Assembly: GCA_938009745.1 (NCBI GenBank)
Contig: CALLII010000040.1
Span: forward strand, 5,733-69,732
DNA: 64,000 nt
Origin: an uncultured Flavobacteriales bacterium
GTDB lineage: Bacteria > Bacteroidota > Bacteroidia > Flavobacteriales_D > CAJJDF01
Direction of reading: 5' to 3'
Shown here: positions 35,248-45,707 of the stretch, in pieces
Position numbering within the stretch: position 1 is the stretch's first letter
Layout of the letters: each line of letters starts with the position of its first letter
Position numbers and translations under genes: made by a program
The notes under the pieces: model-generated
Database searches by the model: none
Told to the model about the DNA's origin: nothing
Seen by the model: only the letters and a program-made list of their open reading frames with translations

Positions 35248-36519
35248 TTATTCCATTCCATAAATCTCAAGAACTTTCTCTTTCAATTCAGGGATTTTTA
35301 TTTTTTCTACAACTTCTCCTAAAAATGCGCTAATTAATAAAGCTGTAGCAGATTCTTTACTTAATCCTCTTGATTGTAGATAAAATACTGCTTCTTCATC
35401 CAATTGACCAGATGTAGAACCGTGACTACATTTTACATCATCAGCATATATTTCTAACTCTGGCTTAGAGTTCATTGTAGCATCATCAGACAATAAAATA
35501 TTGTTGTTACTTTGGAATGCATTAATCTTTTGAGCATCTTTTCTTACAAATACTTTTCCGTTAAAAACTCCAGTAGCTTTATCGCCAACAGTTCCTTTAT
35601 AATGCTCGTTACTTTCGCAATTTGGCATTAAATGATCCATTATCGTATGGTTGTCAATGTGCTCTTTCCCTGTAGGTTGGTAAGCTCCATATAAGTTACT
35701 TTCACAATGTTCACCTTTCACAAAAACATTAGTGTTGTTTCTAATCCAATCTCCTTTTAGCGTGTAGCTAAAAGCCGAAAAAGTGGAGTTTTTTTCTTGT
35801 GTAGCAACATTAGTGCTCATCACATTCATTCCTGCTTCGTAATTTTGAATTACGTAATAGTTAATGTGGCTATTTTCTCCAATAAAAAATTCGTTTACTG
35901 AGTTGTAAAAGAAATTATTGGTATTCTTATTTATTGAACTTTTAATAATAGAAAGCTCAGAATTTTTCTCGGTAACAAATAAGTTTCTCGGTTGAGAAAT
36001 AACCCCTTCTCCTTCAGAGTAATGAATTAAATGAACTGGTTTGTCACAAACACCTTTTGCAATAACCATTATTCCCTCAGAAAAATAAGCCGTGTTAAGT
36101 GCAGAGAAAAAATTAGTTATGGTATCTAAGTTTTGTGAAAAGTAAGCAGTTAATTCTTCAGTAGTACATTCTTCAAATGATTTAATTGTGATAGAATCAT
36201 TTTTTGGTAAAGTAGATAGTTCGATATTAAGAAAACCATTTACCATTACTATTTCATAAGTATCTAGGCCAGCAACTCTAACTTCATCTAAATTGATGTT
36301 AGCAGAATCAATTGAATTGAACTTATATTGATTTTTAGTAATCTTGGTAGTTCTAGAATATTTCCAGTATTCATCTTTGGTAGTAGGGAAGCTTAAGTTT
36401 TTTAAAGCCTCTAACCCAGATTTTCTGATACTTGGTAATTCACTCCATACAGCTAAGTTATTCTCAGCAATGTGCGAAACAAATTCTTCTACTTTATTTG
36501 TTGTAAGTGTTGAACTCAT
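35248..36519 (-). CDS. sufD: Fe-S cluster assembly protein SufD
   Basis: 423 aa with a SufB/D beta-helix C-terminal region (PELEIYADDVKCSHGSTSGQLDEEAVFYLQSRGL). Confidence 0.9.
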   Translation of the reverse strand: MSSTLTTNKVEEFVSHIAENNLAVWSELPSIRKSGLEALKNLSFPTTKDEYWKYSRTTKITKNQYKFNSIDSANINLDEVRVAGLDTYEIVMVNGFLNIELSTLPKNDSITIKSFEECTTEELTAYFSQNLDTITNFFSALNTAYFSEGIMVIAKGVCDKPVHLIHYSEGEGVISQPRNLFVTEKNSELSIIKSSINKNTNNFFYNSVNEFFIGENSHINYYVIQNYEAGMNVMSTNVATQEKNSTFSAFSYTLKGDWIRNNTNVFVKGEHCESNLYGAYQPTGKEHIDNHTIMDHLMPNCESNEHYKGTVGDKATGVFNGKVFVRKDAQKINAFQSNNNILLSDDATMNSKPELEIYADDVKCSHGSTSGQLDEEAVFYLQSRGLSKESATALLISAFLGEVVEKIKIPELKEKVLEIYGME

Positions 36520-36541
36520 TGTGTTTGTTTGAGAATATAAA

Positions 36542-37294
36542 TTAAGCGTTTATCTCTTCTTTTATCCAGTCGTATCCTTTTTCTTCAAGTTCTAGAGCTA
36601 ATTCTTTACCTCCAGATTTCACGATTTTTCCTTTATACAGTACATGAACAAAATCAGGAACGATATGGTCCAATAATCTTTGGTAGTGAGTAATTACAAC
36701 AGTAGCATTGTCTTTCGTCTTCAAAGTATTTACTCCGTGAGATACAATTTTAAGTGCATCAATATCTAATCCAGAATCAGTTTCATCTAATATTGACAGT
36801 TTTGGCTCAAGCATTGCCATCTGAAAAATTTCATTTCTTTTTTTCTCTCCACCACTAAATCCTTCGTTCACATATCTTTTTAGTAATGAATTATCTAACT
36901 CTACTAAAGCAGATTTTTCTTTTACCATTGCCAAAAATTCTTTAGCAGCTATTGGTTCTTCACCTTTAGATTCTCTTGTTTCATTTATTGCAGTTCTCAA
37001 GAAGTTCATGTTGCTTACTCCTGGGATTTCAATAGGATATTGAAAAGCCAAGAAAATTCCCATTCTTGCTCTTTCTTCAGTAGAAAACTCTAATAAATCT
37101 TCTCCCATAAAATCTACAGAACCCTCTGTGATTTCATAATCTTCATTTCCAGCTAATACTGCTGATAAAGTACTTTTTCCAGAACCATTAGGTCCCATTA
37201 TTGCATGAACCTCTCCAGCTTTAACCTCTAGATTTATTCCATTTAGGATATTTTTCCCTTCTATTGTAGCGTGTAAATTCTTAATTGAAATCAT
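36542..37294 (-). CDS. sufC: Fe-S cluster assembly ATPase SufC
   Basis: Walker A (GPNGSGKST), ABC signature ([11 protein letters not shown]) and Walker B ([12 protein letters not shown]) are present. The start is set at MISIKNLHA (complement of 37292-37294). The 38-aa upstream extension in the ORF track is hydrophobic junk and contains a TAcaTTTG -7-like box at 37336-37343. Confidence 0.9.
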   Translation of the reverse strand: MISIKNLHATIEGKNILNGINLEVKAGEVHAIMGPNGSGKSTLSAVLAGNEDYEITEGSVDFMGEDLLEFSTEERARMGIFLAFQYPIEIPGVSNMNFLRTAINETRESKGEEPIAAKEFLAMVKEKSALVELDNSLLKRYVNEGFSGGEKKRNEIFQMAMLEPKLSILDETDSGLDIDALKIVSHGVNTLKTKDNATVVITHYQRLLDHIVPDFVHVLYKGKIVKSGGKELALELEEKGYDWIKEEINA

Positions 37295-37481
37295 AGTTAA
37301 TTTGATTCTTATTTTTAAACATTCTAAATAATATGCAAATGTAAATAAAAGTTTAGCAAAAATCCATGAATTTAGGTTAGTAAATAAAAAAAGTGACCTA
37401 GTATTCACAAATTAGACTAAACCTACATTTTAGTGGAACTTAATTCGTAATTTTGATTCAATAATTTTGGAATAAGAGTAT

Positions 37482-39272
37482 ATGAAAAACATTAGGAATT
37501 TTTGCATTATTGCACACATTGATCATGGTAAAAGTACCTTGGCCGATAGATTGTTACAAACAACTGGAACAATTAGCGATAGAGAAATGCAGAATCAGGC
37601 ACTTGACGATATGGACTTGGAGCGTGAGAGAGGGATTACAATCAAGAGTCATGCAATCCAGATGGATTACGAGCAAGATGGTGAAAAATATGTATTAAAC
37701 CTTATCGATACGCCAGGGCACGTAGATTTTTCTTACGAAGTTTCTCGATCTATTGCAGCTTGTGAAGGTGCGTTATTAATTGTAGATGCTTCTCAAGGAA
37801 TTGAAGCACAAACAATCTCAAATTTATATTTAGCCTTAGAACACGACTTAGAAATCATTCCAATTCTTAATAAAATGGATTTGCCTGGAGCAATGCCTGA
37901 GGAAGTTTCGGATCAAATTATTGAATTAATCGGTTGTTCGCAAGATGATATTATCCCAGCTAGTGGAAAAACAGGATTGGGAGTAGAAGATATTTTAAAA
38001 GCAGTTGTTAGTAGAGTTCCAGCTCCTAAAGGAGATTTGGAAGCACCTTTTCAAGCAATGGTTTTTGATTCAGTATTTAACTCGTATAGAGGGATTATTG
38101 CTTATTACCGAGTATTGAATGGTAGATTGAAGAAAGGGGAGAAGGTAAAATTCATTAATACCGAAAAGGAATACAATGCTGACGAAATTGGAAATTTAGG
38201 ATTGGATTTATTACCTAAAAAGGAAATAAGTGCAGGTGATGTTGGTTATATAATTTCGGGTATAAAAGAGGCTAAGGAGGTAAAAGTAGGAGATACGATT
38301 ACTACAGTTAATAATCCAACTACAGAGATTGTAAAAGGATTTGAGGATGTAAAGCCAATGGTATTTGCAGGAATTTATCCTGTAGATACAGATGAGTACG
38401 AAGAATTGAGAGATGCAATGGAAAGATTGCAATTGAATGATGCTTCATTAGTATTTGCTCCAGAAAGTTCAGCAGCACTAGGATTCGGATTTAGATGTGG
38501 ATTCCTTGGAATGTTACACATGGAGATTATCCAAGAAAGACTAGAGCGTGAGTTTGATATGACGGTAATTACTACAGTACCTAACGTATCGTACAAAGCA
38601 TATTTGAAAAAAAACAATGAATTGTTGGAACTTAATAATCCTTCGGATTTGCCAGATCCTTCACGAATAGATTATATAGAAGAGCCATTTATTAAAGCTC
38701 AAATCATTACAAAGTCTGATTATGTAGGTTCTATTATGAACTTGTGTATCGAGAAAAGAGGAATGTTAACCAACCAAGTTTATTTAACTTCGGATAGGGT
38801 AGAGCTATCGTTTGAAGTACCAATGGCTGAGATAGTATTTGATTTTTATGATAAATTAAAATCAATTTCTAAAGGATATGCTTCGTTTGATTATTTCCCA
38901 ATAGGGTATAAGCAATCTAAATTAATTAAATTGGATATTATGCTTAATGGTGATGCTGTAGATGCTTTGTCTGCATTAGTTCACCAAGATAATGCATACG
39001 ATTTAGGAAAAAGAATTTGTAGTAAGTTGAGAGAACTTATCCCAAGACAACAATTTGATATTGCGATACAAGCTGCAATTGGAGCTAAGATTATATCAAG
39101 AGAAACTGTAAAAGCAGTTCGTAAAGATGTGACGGCTAAATGTTATGGAGGAGATATTTCTCGTAAGCGTAAACTACTAGAAAAGCAGAAGAAAGGGAAG
39201 AAAAGAATGAGACAAGTAGGAAACGTAGAAGTTCCTCAGTCAGCATTTATGGCTGTTTTGAAGTTGGATTAA
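37482..39272 (+). CDS. lepA: Translation elongation factor 4 (LepA)
   Basis: 596 aa with GTPase motifs ([18 protein letters not shown]) and the LepA-specific C-terminus. Confidence 0.95.
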   Translation: MKNIRNFCIIAHIDHGKSTLADRLLQTTGTISDREMQNQALDDMDLERERGITIKSHAIQMDYEQDGEKYVLNLIDTPGHVDFSYEVSRSIAACEGALLIVDASQGIEAQTISNLYLALEHDLEIIPILNKMDLPGAMPEEVSDQIIELIGCSQDDIIPASGKTGLGVEDILKAVVSRVPAPKGDLEAPFQAMVFDSVFNSYRGIIAYYRVLNGRLKKGEKVKFINTEKEYNADEIGNLGLDLLPKKEISAGDVGYIISGIKEAKEVKVGDTITTVNNPTTEIVKGFEDVKPMVFAGIYPVDTDEYEELRDAMERLQLNDASLVFAPESSAALGFGFRCGFLGMLHMEIIQERLEREFDMTVITTVPNVSYKAYLKKNNELLELNNPSDLPDPSRIDYIEEPFIKAQIITKSDYVGSIMNLCIEKRGMLTNQVYLTSDRVELSFEVPMAEIVFDFYDKLKSISKGYASFDYFPIGYKQSKLIKLDIMLNGDAVDALSALVHQDNAYDLGKRICSKLRELIPRQQFDIAIQAAIGAKIISRETVKAVRKDVTAKCYGGDISRKRKLLEKQKKGKKRMRQVGNVEVPQSAFMAVLKLD

Positions 39273-40270
39273 TTGTTTGAGACCAAAAGTACCAAATCCA
39301 CCAACCTACTAGAATATCCAATTTCATTATCATACCATCCACAAATCTTAACCGAATTGCCCAATACTTGGGTTAAAGTGGAATCAAAAATACATGAATT
39401 CTCGTTTCTTAGGATATCGACAGATACAATCGGGTCTTCGTTATACTCCAAAATATGTTTCATGTCTCCTTGGCTCGCTTTTTTAAATGCAGCATTAATC
39501 TCTTCAATAGATTTAGGATTCTTGATGTTAAGAGTTAGCTCAGTTAAAGAACCATCCGGTACAGGAACTCTATTTGCACTTCCTATTATTTTTCCCTCTA
39601 AATGTCTGAAAATTTGAGTTACTGCAGTTGCTGCCCCAGTAGTTGTAGGAATTATTGATAAAGTCGCAGCACGGCCTCTTCTAATGTCTTTATGAGGCCC
39701 ATCATGAAGATTTTGAACACTTGTGTAGGAATGAATAGTTGACAAGAAACCATTTTCTATTCCGCAAAGTTCATCAATAACTTTAATCATAGGTGCTGCA
39801 CAGTTTGTTGTACATGATGCATTGGAGATTATAGTTTCGGTTCCATCTAATTCATTATCATTAACGCCAAGTACTATTGTTTTAATATCACCAGACTTTG
39901 CAGGTGCTGAAAGTATTACTTTTTTAGCTCCAGCTGTTATGTGTTTACTTGCTAATTCAGGAGTTCTAAAATGTCCAGTTGATTCTATAACAACATCAAC
40001 TTCAAGATTTCTCCAAGGTAGTTTTTCTGGATCTCTTTCTGCAGTAGCTTTTATTTTATTTCCATCAATAGTAATTGATGTTTTATCATTTGTGACTGAA
40101 CCTTGGAATTTACCATGAACAGAGTCATATTTGAATAGATTGGCTAATGTTGCATTGTCAGATAAATCATTAATAGCTACTATTTCAATAGCATTATTAT
40201 TCAACATCAATTTAGCTGTAGATCTACCAATTCTTCCAAATCCATTTATTGCTACTTTTGTTTTTTTCAT
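39269..40270 (-). CDS. gap: Type I glyceraldehyde-3-phosphate dehydrogenase
   Basis: 333 aa with INGFGRIGR and the active site [10 protein letters not shown]. Confidence 0.95.
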   Translation of the reverse strand: MKKTKVAINGFGRIGRSTAKLMLNNNAIEIVAINDLSDNATLANLFKYDSVHGKFQGSVTNDKTSITIDGNKIKATAERDPEKLPWRNLEVDVVIESTGHFRTPELASKHITAGAKKVILSAPAKSGDIKTIVLGVNDNELDGTETIISNASCTTNCAAPMIKVIDELCGIENGFLSTIHSYTSVQNLHDGPHKDIRRGRAATLSIIPTTTGAATAVTQIFRHLEGKIIGSANRVPVPDGSLTELTLNIKNPKSIEEINAAFKKASQGDMKHILEYNEDPIVSVDILRNENSCIFDSTLTQVLGNSVKICGWYDNEIGYSSRLVDLVLLVSNN

Positions 40271-40343
40271 TTCTCAGGTTGTTATGAGGTAAAATTAAGA
40301 ATAAGTTTATTAATCTTTAGGATTATTTTTTTTCGTTTATGAC

Positions 40344-40375
40344 AAAAAAAAAGCTGCTTCGTTAGAAGCAGCTTT
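40344..40375 (-). terminator. Rho-independent terminator downstream of the T9SS BNR-propeller gene
   Basis: 11-bp stem AAAGCTGCTTC/GAAGCAGCTTT with loop GTTA. On the minus strand it is followed by T9 (A9 at 40344-40352 on plus). Confidence 0.75.
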
Positions 40376-40394
40376 TATAAAAAATTAGTCTTAA

Positions 40395-43379
40395 TTATTG
40401 CTTGATGAACTTAGCAGTTTTGAACTTCATTCCTTCAGCTTGAATATTTACAAAGTAAACTCCAGTTGTTAAGTTTTCAGTATTAACTCTGTAATTAACT
40501 TCTCCTTCTGCTTTGTTATTTAAAGTTTCAGAAGAGATTAGTTTTCCACTCATGCTGTATATTGAAACTGTTACATCTGATGTATTTGCTAATTCGAAAT
40601 TAACGTTAGTGAAGTTTATAGCAGGATTAGGGTATAAGTTAATTGCCTGTACTTGCTCAATTTTTTCTTCATCAATTTCTCTTGTGCTTAATAAATCTGC
40701 TGAGCTCCATATTCCTCTTCCATGAGTACCAAAGTAAATCATTCCAGAATTGAAACACTCTGACCAAGGTCTGTGTTGTTGTTGAACATCATATACAGGA
40801 ACCATTCCCATTTCATCATTTTGTTCAGTCCAAGTTGCTCCTCCATTGGTAGAGATCCATGCACCAAATTCAGTACCTGCTACAATTTTGTTAGGGTCTT
40901 GAAAATCAATTATTGCATCAAAAACTGGCATTGCTGGTAAATTTCCTCTGATAGAAGAGAAAGAAGAGGCTCCAGTTGTACTTGCTGCAGTAGTAGATTT
41001 AAATATATTAGATGAAGCACCATATCCACCTACAGTTACAACTACATGCTCAGGGTCGTTAGGATCTACTCCTAATCCAGCAATATAGTTTCCACTATAT
41101 ATGTTTGTTATTTCTAACTGAGAAACTCCACTTCTTACATCAGCATAGTTATATGCTTCTAAGTCATGATCAGGAATAGAATTTACAACATCACCTTTTA
41201 AATCTTCAAAATAAACATTATTGAATCCTTTAATTCTTGTTACTCTTCCTCCAGATTGACCTACATATAATATGTTACCATCTTGAGAAAATTCCATTTC
41301 TGTTACTCTTCCTATTACAGATGACATTACTTTCCACCATACTGGTGTTCCACCAAATCTTAAAGCTCCTCTTGTTACCCATACACCTCCACTTCCTGAA
41401 AGTCCTAAAGCGAATAATGTCTGAATTTTATCTTGCACTTTAATAGTGTCTCTAGAAGTATAAGTAAACGTAGTGTCTGTTCCTACAATTGTAGTGTCTA
41501 TAACCGCAGTAATGTTTTGTGTTAATACATGAGGAAAAAGCATACTCATGTTTTCACTAGGTATCATAATAGTTTCTCCAATATTTTTATTTTCTGTAGC
41601 TAAGAATATTACTGAATCAGTACTATTAACATCATTCCCATTTTCATAAAGAGTCGTGACGTTATAAAAAGGTTTTAAGTTATCAGGTAAAGCATCGATT
41701 TCAGCTGAAGTGAATGCTCCACTCCCAGTTCCTTTAGTTGCTGAACGAAAGTTAGCTCCTGTATATATACTTGAGAAAATTACGTTTTCATTTAAATGAG
41801 ATATTTCACAATCAAATCCATCTCCACCTAATACTCTATTAAATTCTAGTGGTGATGTACCAGGATTGTTTACGTCTTTGTACTGAGTTCCGTTATCTTG
41901 AGCCCCCCCAAGTAAATCTCCAAATTTAGAATAAGCAATACCGTAAAATTGAGTTACGTTATATCCTCTGTTTGCTGGGTAATAACTAATGTTTGCACTT
42001 TGTGCATTGTCAGATATTCCTACACCTCCATCATTTCCTAGATATAATCTGTTAGTGTTGTCCCATACCATTTCATGTTGATCTGCATGAGCATAAAATC
42101 CATTAGTTGCTGCAACCTGAGATGAAGAAACTTGTGACATTTGCCCGAAAGGAGCAGCAGTAGTCGATTCTGTCCATCTAAATACGTTAATCCCACCAAT
42201 TAAAAATTGCTTAGTGTTTCCGGGAACTGTTGTGATAATATTATCATAATTCCCTTGGTATTGAAGTCCGTTAGCAAAAGGGTCAGTTGTTAAAACACTT
42301 GTTGAAGCAGTCCCATTTGGTGTTTCTGGCACAACCTCAGTCCAAGTTTGTCCATTGTCGTGTGATGCAGAAATTCCTCCTAGCATACTACCAGTTTTAA
42401 CCATTGATGCATATATAGAATATTTTCCGTTCGTATTTTTTTCATGAGAAATACTATATTCAATTCTAGTTACTGAAGAACTAGTGGCACTTTCTTTAAT
42501 TTGGTTTGCTCCTGTTCCAGAAACTCTAGTAAAATTACCAGACCCTTCTTTTACGTATGTTCTGTTTCCTACTGAGGCCACAATTACACTTCCATCTTTA
42601 GAAATATCTAGATCCCAAACAGAAATACCTGCAAAAAGATTTATTCTATTAAATGTTGTTTTATTTTCTACTTCAGTGATGTTTATAGTACCTGCACCAC
42701 CAATGTAAATTTTATCTTGTGCATTAGGGTCAGCAACTATTGAGTTAACATATGCATTACCCCAAGATGTTGGAGGTGTTAATTGTGTAAATGTTGCTCC
42801 TCCGTCAGTTGTATACCATACACCATTAGCTCTGTGGCCTCCACTTCCCCCACTACCGATTCCGTTACCTTCCCTTTCATGTCCTGTACCAACATATATT
42901 GTTCCATCAAGAGTTTGTGCTATTGTTGAAACGGATAAAACTTCAGCAAAGTTTGCCACTCTGCTCCAAGTATTACCTCTATTTGTAGATTTAAACAATC
43001 CACCAGAAACACTACCTGCATAAACAGTATTGATGTCGTTTCTATCAACTAGTATTGCTCTGGTTCTTCCTCCAACATTATCAGGTCCTTCATCTACAAG
43101 AGTAAGTACTGAACTTCGATTAGGATTATCCATATTTCTTATCGCTTGTAAAGCATTAGAAAAATCACTAGGCTCAAGTTTACCAGTGTTAACGTTTAAT
43201 CTCATTTCTTCATACAAGTCAATTGCTTGCATGGAAGGAGTCTTTGCTTTTGCGTAAGAATTTTCTCTTGGTTGGTACTTTGCAGTTTCTTTAACTGTTA
43301 ATTCACTAGTTAAAAAAGTAGCAATACCAATTCCAGAAAGTAACATTCCTCCAAGGATTAATTTAGTAGTAGTTTTCAT
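40395..43379 (-). CDS. T9SS-secreted BNR/Asp-box beta-propeller protein (sortilin/Vps10- or GH74-like)
   Basis: 994 aa with multiple Asp-box motifs (STNRGNTWSRV, TTDGGATFTQL, SHDNGQTWTEV, STNGGATWTEQ). The C-terminal T9SS sorting domain is present (LYPNPAINFTNVNF...GVYFVNIQAEG...KFIKQ). Confidence 0.8.
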   Translation of the reverse strand: MKTTTKLILGGMLLSGIGIATFLTSELTVKETAKYQPRENSYAKAKTPSMQAIDLYEEMRLNVNTGKLEPSDFSNALQAIRNMDNPNRSSVLTLVDEGPDNVGGRTRAILVDRNDINTVYAGSVSGGLFKSTNRGNTWSRVANFAEVLSVSTIAQTLDGTIYVGTGHEREGNGIGSGGSGGHRANGVWYTTDGGATFTQLTPPTSWGNAYVNSIVADPNAQDKIYIGGAGTINITEVENKTTFNRINLFAGISVWDLDISKDGSVIVASVGNRTYVKEGSGNFTRVSGTGANQIKESATSSSVTRIEYSISHEKNTNGKYSIYASMVKTGSMLGGISASHDNGQTWTEVVPETPNGTASTSVLTTDPFANGLQYQGNYDNIITTVPGNTKQFLIGGINVFRWTESTTAAPFGQMSQVSSSQVAATNGFYAHADQHEMVWDNTNRLYLGNDGGVGISDNAQSANISYYPANRGYNVTQFYGIAYSKFGDLLGGAQDNGTQYKDVNNPGTSPLEFNRVLGGDGFDCEISHLNENVIFSSIYTGANFRSATKGTGSGAFTSAEIDALPDNLKPFYNVTTLYENGNDVNSTDSVIFLATENKNIGETIMIPSENMSMLFPHVLTQNITAVIDTTIVGTDTTFTYTSRDTIKVQDKIQTLFALGLSGSGGVWVTRGALRFGGTPVWWKVMSSVIGRVTEMEFSQDGNILYVGQSGGRVTRIKGFNNVYFEDLKGDVVNSIPDHDLEAYNYADVRSGVSQLEITNIYSGNYIAGLGVDPNDPEHVVVTVGGYGASSNIFKSTTAASTTGASSFSSIRGNLPAMPVFDAIIDFQDPNKIVAGTEFGAWISTNGGATWTEQNDEMGMVPVYDVQQQHRPWSECFNSGMIYFGTHGRGIWSSADLLSTREIDEEKIEQVQAINLYPNPAINFTNVNFELANTSDVTVSIYSMSGKLISSETLNNKAEGEVNYRVNTENLTTGVYFVNIQAEGMKFKTAKFIKQ

Positions 43380-43551
43380 AGGCTTATAATTTACTCTTAA
43401 TGAGTTCTTTTTAGTATTAAAGTTCGTTCAACATTACTTTTTAAAACATCAGTTTCTTTAAATAGATTTTCACGAAAATAAAATTAACAAAATTTGAAAT
43501 AGAAATACATGAATTTTAAAGAAAATTTATACATATCTACACAGATTTGTA

Positions 43552-44406
43552 TTAAAACAAATGTTTTTCGGCATGATAAGAAGATCGAACTAGAGGACCA
43601 CTCTCAACAAATCTGAATCCTTTTTGCAATCCAATTTCTTTGTAAAAAGCGAATTTTTCTGGAGTAACAAACTCTTCAACTGGTAAATGTTCTTTTGTTG
43701 GTTGCAAATATTGTCCTAATGTAAGTACATCAACATTCACAGCTCTTAGGTCGTCCATTGTTTCTAAAACCTCTTCTTCTGATTCTCCAAGACCAAGCAT
43801 TACACCTGATTTTGTTTTCATCCCACCTTCTTTAAGTCGTCTTAATAATTCTAAACTACGGTTGTATTTTGCTTGAATTCTAACTTCTTTTGTTAGTCTT
43901 CTTACAGTTTCTAGGTTATGAGAAACTATTTCTGGTGCAACATCAATAATTTTTTGAAGATTTTCCCACTTTCCCATAAAATCAGGGATAAGTGTTTCCA
44001 TTGTAGTGGTAGGAGATTTTCTTCTAATTGCTCTTACTGTTTGAGCCCATATCTCTGCCCCACCATCAGCCAAATCATCTCTATCTACAGAAGTAATTAC
44101 ACAATGTTTTACTTCCATCAGACTAACAGATTTCGCTATTTTTGCTGGTTCAAAAGCATCAACTTCATCAGGCTTACCAGTTGCTACGTTACAAAATCCA
44201 CAAGATCTTGTGCAGGTGTTTCCAAGAATCATAAAAGTTGCTGTACCAGCTCCCCAGCATTCACCCATATTAGGACAATTACCACTTTGACATATCGTAT
44301 GTAGACCATGATCGTCAACAATATCTCGTACTTTTTTATATTCTTTACCTATTGGCAACTTAACTCTTAGCCATTTAGGTTTCTTTGTTTTTTCTTTTAC
44401 TTCCAT
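43552..44406 (-). CDS. lipA: Lipoyl synthase
   Basis: 284 aa with the radical-SAM motif [10 protein letters not shown] and the N-terminal Cys cluster [12 protein letters not shown]. Confidence 0.95.
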   Translation of the reverse strand: MEVKEKTKKPKWLRVKLPIGKEYKKVRDIVDDHGLHTICQSGNCPNMGECWGAGTATFMILGNTCTRSCGFCNVATGKPDEVDAFEPAKIAKSVSLMEVKHCVITSVDRDDLADGGAEIWAQTVRAIRRKSPTTTMETLIPDFMGKWENLQKIIDVAPEIVSHNLETVRRLTKEVRIQAKYNRSLELLRRLKEGGMKTKSGVMLGLGESEEEVLETMDDLRAVNVDVLTLGQYLQPTKEHLPVEEFVTPEKFAFYKEIGLQKGFRFVESGPLVRSSYHAEKHLF

Positions 44407-45153
44407 TTAGTTGTAATACTTTTTACCAAATAAAATATTGATGTAAAAATTGTAAAATAATAATTCTTTTTCTGTGTATGCAAGAATTGGCACTCTAGTA
44501 GGGAAAATATCAACAATTACACCCGTTTCTATGGCAAATATGTTTTCTCTTTCGTTAGCTATTTCAAATTTAAATCCTGCATTTATATTTGCTCCGAATG
44601 CAATTTTACTTTGTCCTAATCCTCTTCCTAAAGTTGCTCTTCCAAAAATATTTGATTCATTATGAATGTCAGGGTCGTAACGTTCTACACTAGTTGCACT
44701 AACTCCTCTGTCTAAGTTTGATATCTCTAAAAATATAGGTTTTACGATTCCTGTGTTTAATCCTGCTTTCCATACGAAGTACATTTCTACTCCTTTTTCT
44801 CTTTGTTTTTCGTAGAGCATTCTTTGCTTTCCGTAACTTAATCGAACATTGTAAAGTGAATTTATCTTTCCATATTTGAAAGAAGATGTGAAACTACCAG
44901 GAGATACTTGGTAGCGAATTCGATATTCTTTAGGGTTTTTAATATTTACAAAATCAAGACTAAAAAGAGTGTAAGTCTTATATGTTTTGAATTTAGAATA
45001 AGTTAAGTTTCCTCCCCAACCATTCGTATGAAGAATGAGTCCTCCAAAAACCTCTGAACGGAATCCGGCTTTATTTTCTTGCGTAGCAGGAATTTGAGCA
45101 AAAGATATTTGCCAAAAACTGATTATAACCAATAAGAAAAAAAATCGTTTCAT
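44407..45153 (-). CDS. Hypothetical outer-membrane beta-barrel protein
   Basis: 248 aa with a signal peptide (FFFLLVIISFWQISFAQ) and an alternating beta pattern. Its stop codon directly abuts the lipA start, with zero intergenic nt. Confidence 0.55.
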   Translation of the reverse strand: MKRFFFLLVIISFWQISFAQIPATQENKAGFRSEVFGGLILHTNGWGGNLTYSKFKTYKTYTLFSLDFVNIKNPKEYRIRYQVSPGSFTSSFKYGKINSLYNVRLSYGKQRMLYEKQREKGVEMYFVWKAGLNTGIVKPIFLEISNLDRGVSATSVERYDPDIHNESNIFGRATLGRGLGQSKIAFGANINAGFKFEIANERENIFAIETGVIVDIFPTRVPILAYTEKELLFYNFYINILFGKKYYN

Positions 45154-45221
45154 TTTGTTTTATTTCCTGTCTAGTACAAATATAATGAAACTTTACTTTG
45201 GATTTGAAATAAGTTAAGACC

Positions 45222-45254
45222 AAAAAAAACACAATCTATTAGATTGTGTTTTTA
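45222..45254 (-). terminator. Rho-independent terminator downstream of the small lipoprotein ORF
   Basis: 10-bp stem AACACAATCT/AGATTGTGTT (45228-45237 / 45241-45250). On the minus strand it is followed by a T-run (A8 at 45222-45229 on plus). Confidence 0.65.
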
Positions 45255-45276
45255 ATTTATTCGAATTAATTGTCGT

Positions 45277-45447
45277 TTAGCTATTAGCCTCTGTAATAGA
45301 GTTAGAAAGAATCACTTCATTTTGAGTTTTTTCTATGCTTGAAATATTCCCATAAGCATCACATTTTTGCTTTTTTGAGGTAGTACAAGATGAAGCAAAA
45401 AGGGCAATAGCTGCTATCGTGATGATTGTTTTGAGTATATTTTTCAT
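45277..45447 (-). CDS. Small (56-aa) putative lipoprotein, not in the ORF track
   Basis: Manual translation gives MKNILKTIITIAAIALFASSCTTSKKQKCDAYGNISSIEKTQNEVILSNSITEANS*. It has a signal peptide with a lipobox (FASSC) and its own terminator 23 nt downstream. Confidence 0.55.
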   Translation of the reverse strand: MKNILKTIITIAAIALFASSCTTSKKQKCDAYGNISSIEKTQNEVILSNSITEANS

Positions 45448-45707
45448 TTTTAATTATTTAGTTACTTACAAAAAAAGGTATATTTACTTTGTGTTAAGCA
45501 ATCAGCTGTATTGAATTATGAACAAGTTGTCAACAATTCAATCGTATTAGCTTTCCTTTGTTACAGTTATATATACTTCATATAGAAATAAAAGTTGCTT
45601 TCTAAAGTGTATTTATTTGTTAACGATAATTTTTGATACTAATTGTAGTAGTATCAATTATATACAATGTTTAAAAATATTAAGTCTCGAAATAGAGTTA
45701 TAAGATT

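Noticed and set aside
37295-37408. 38-aa N-terminal extension of sufC in the ORF track ([38 protein letters not shown])
   Set aside because: SufC homology begins at MISIKNLHA. The extension is hydrophobic and contains a TAcaTTTG promoter-like box (37336-37343), so it is more likely 5' non-coding sequence.
43918-44304. 128-aa plus-strand ORF
   Set aside because: It lies antisense within lipA, which has intact radical-SAM motifs.
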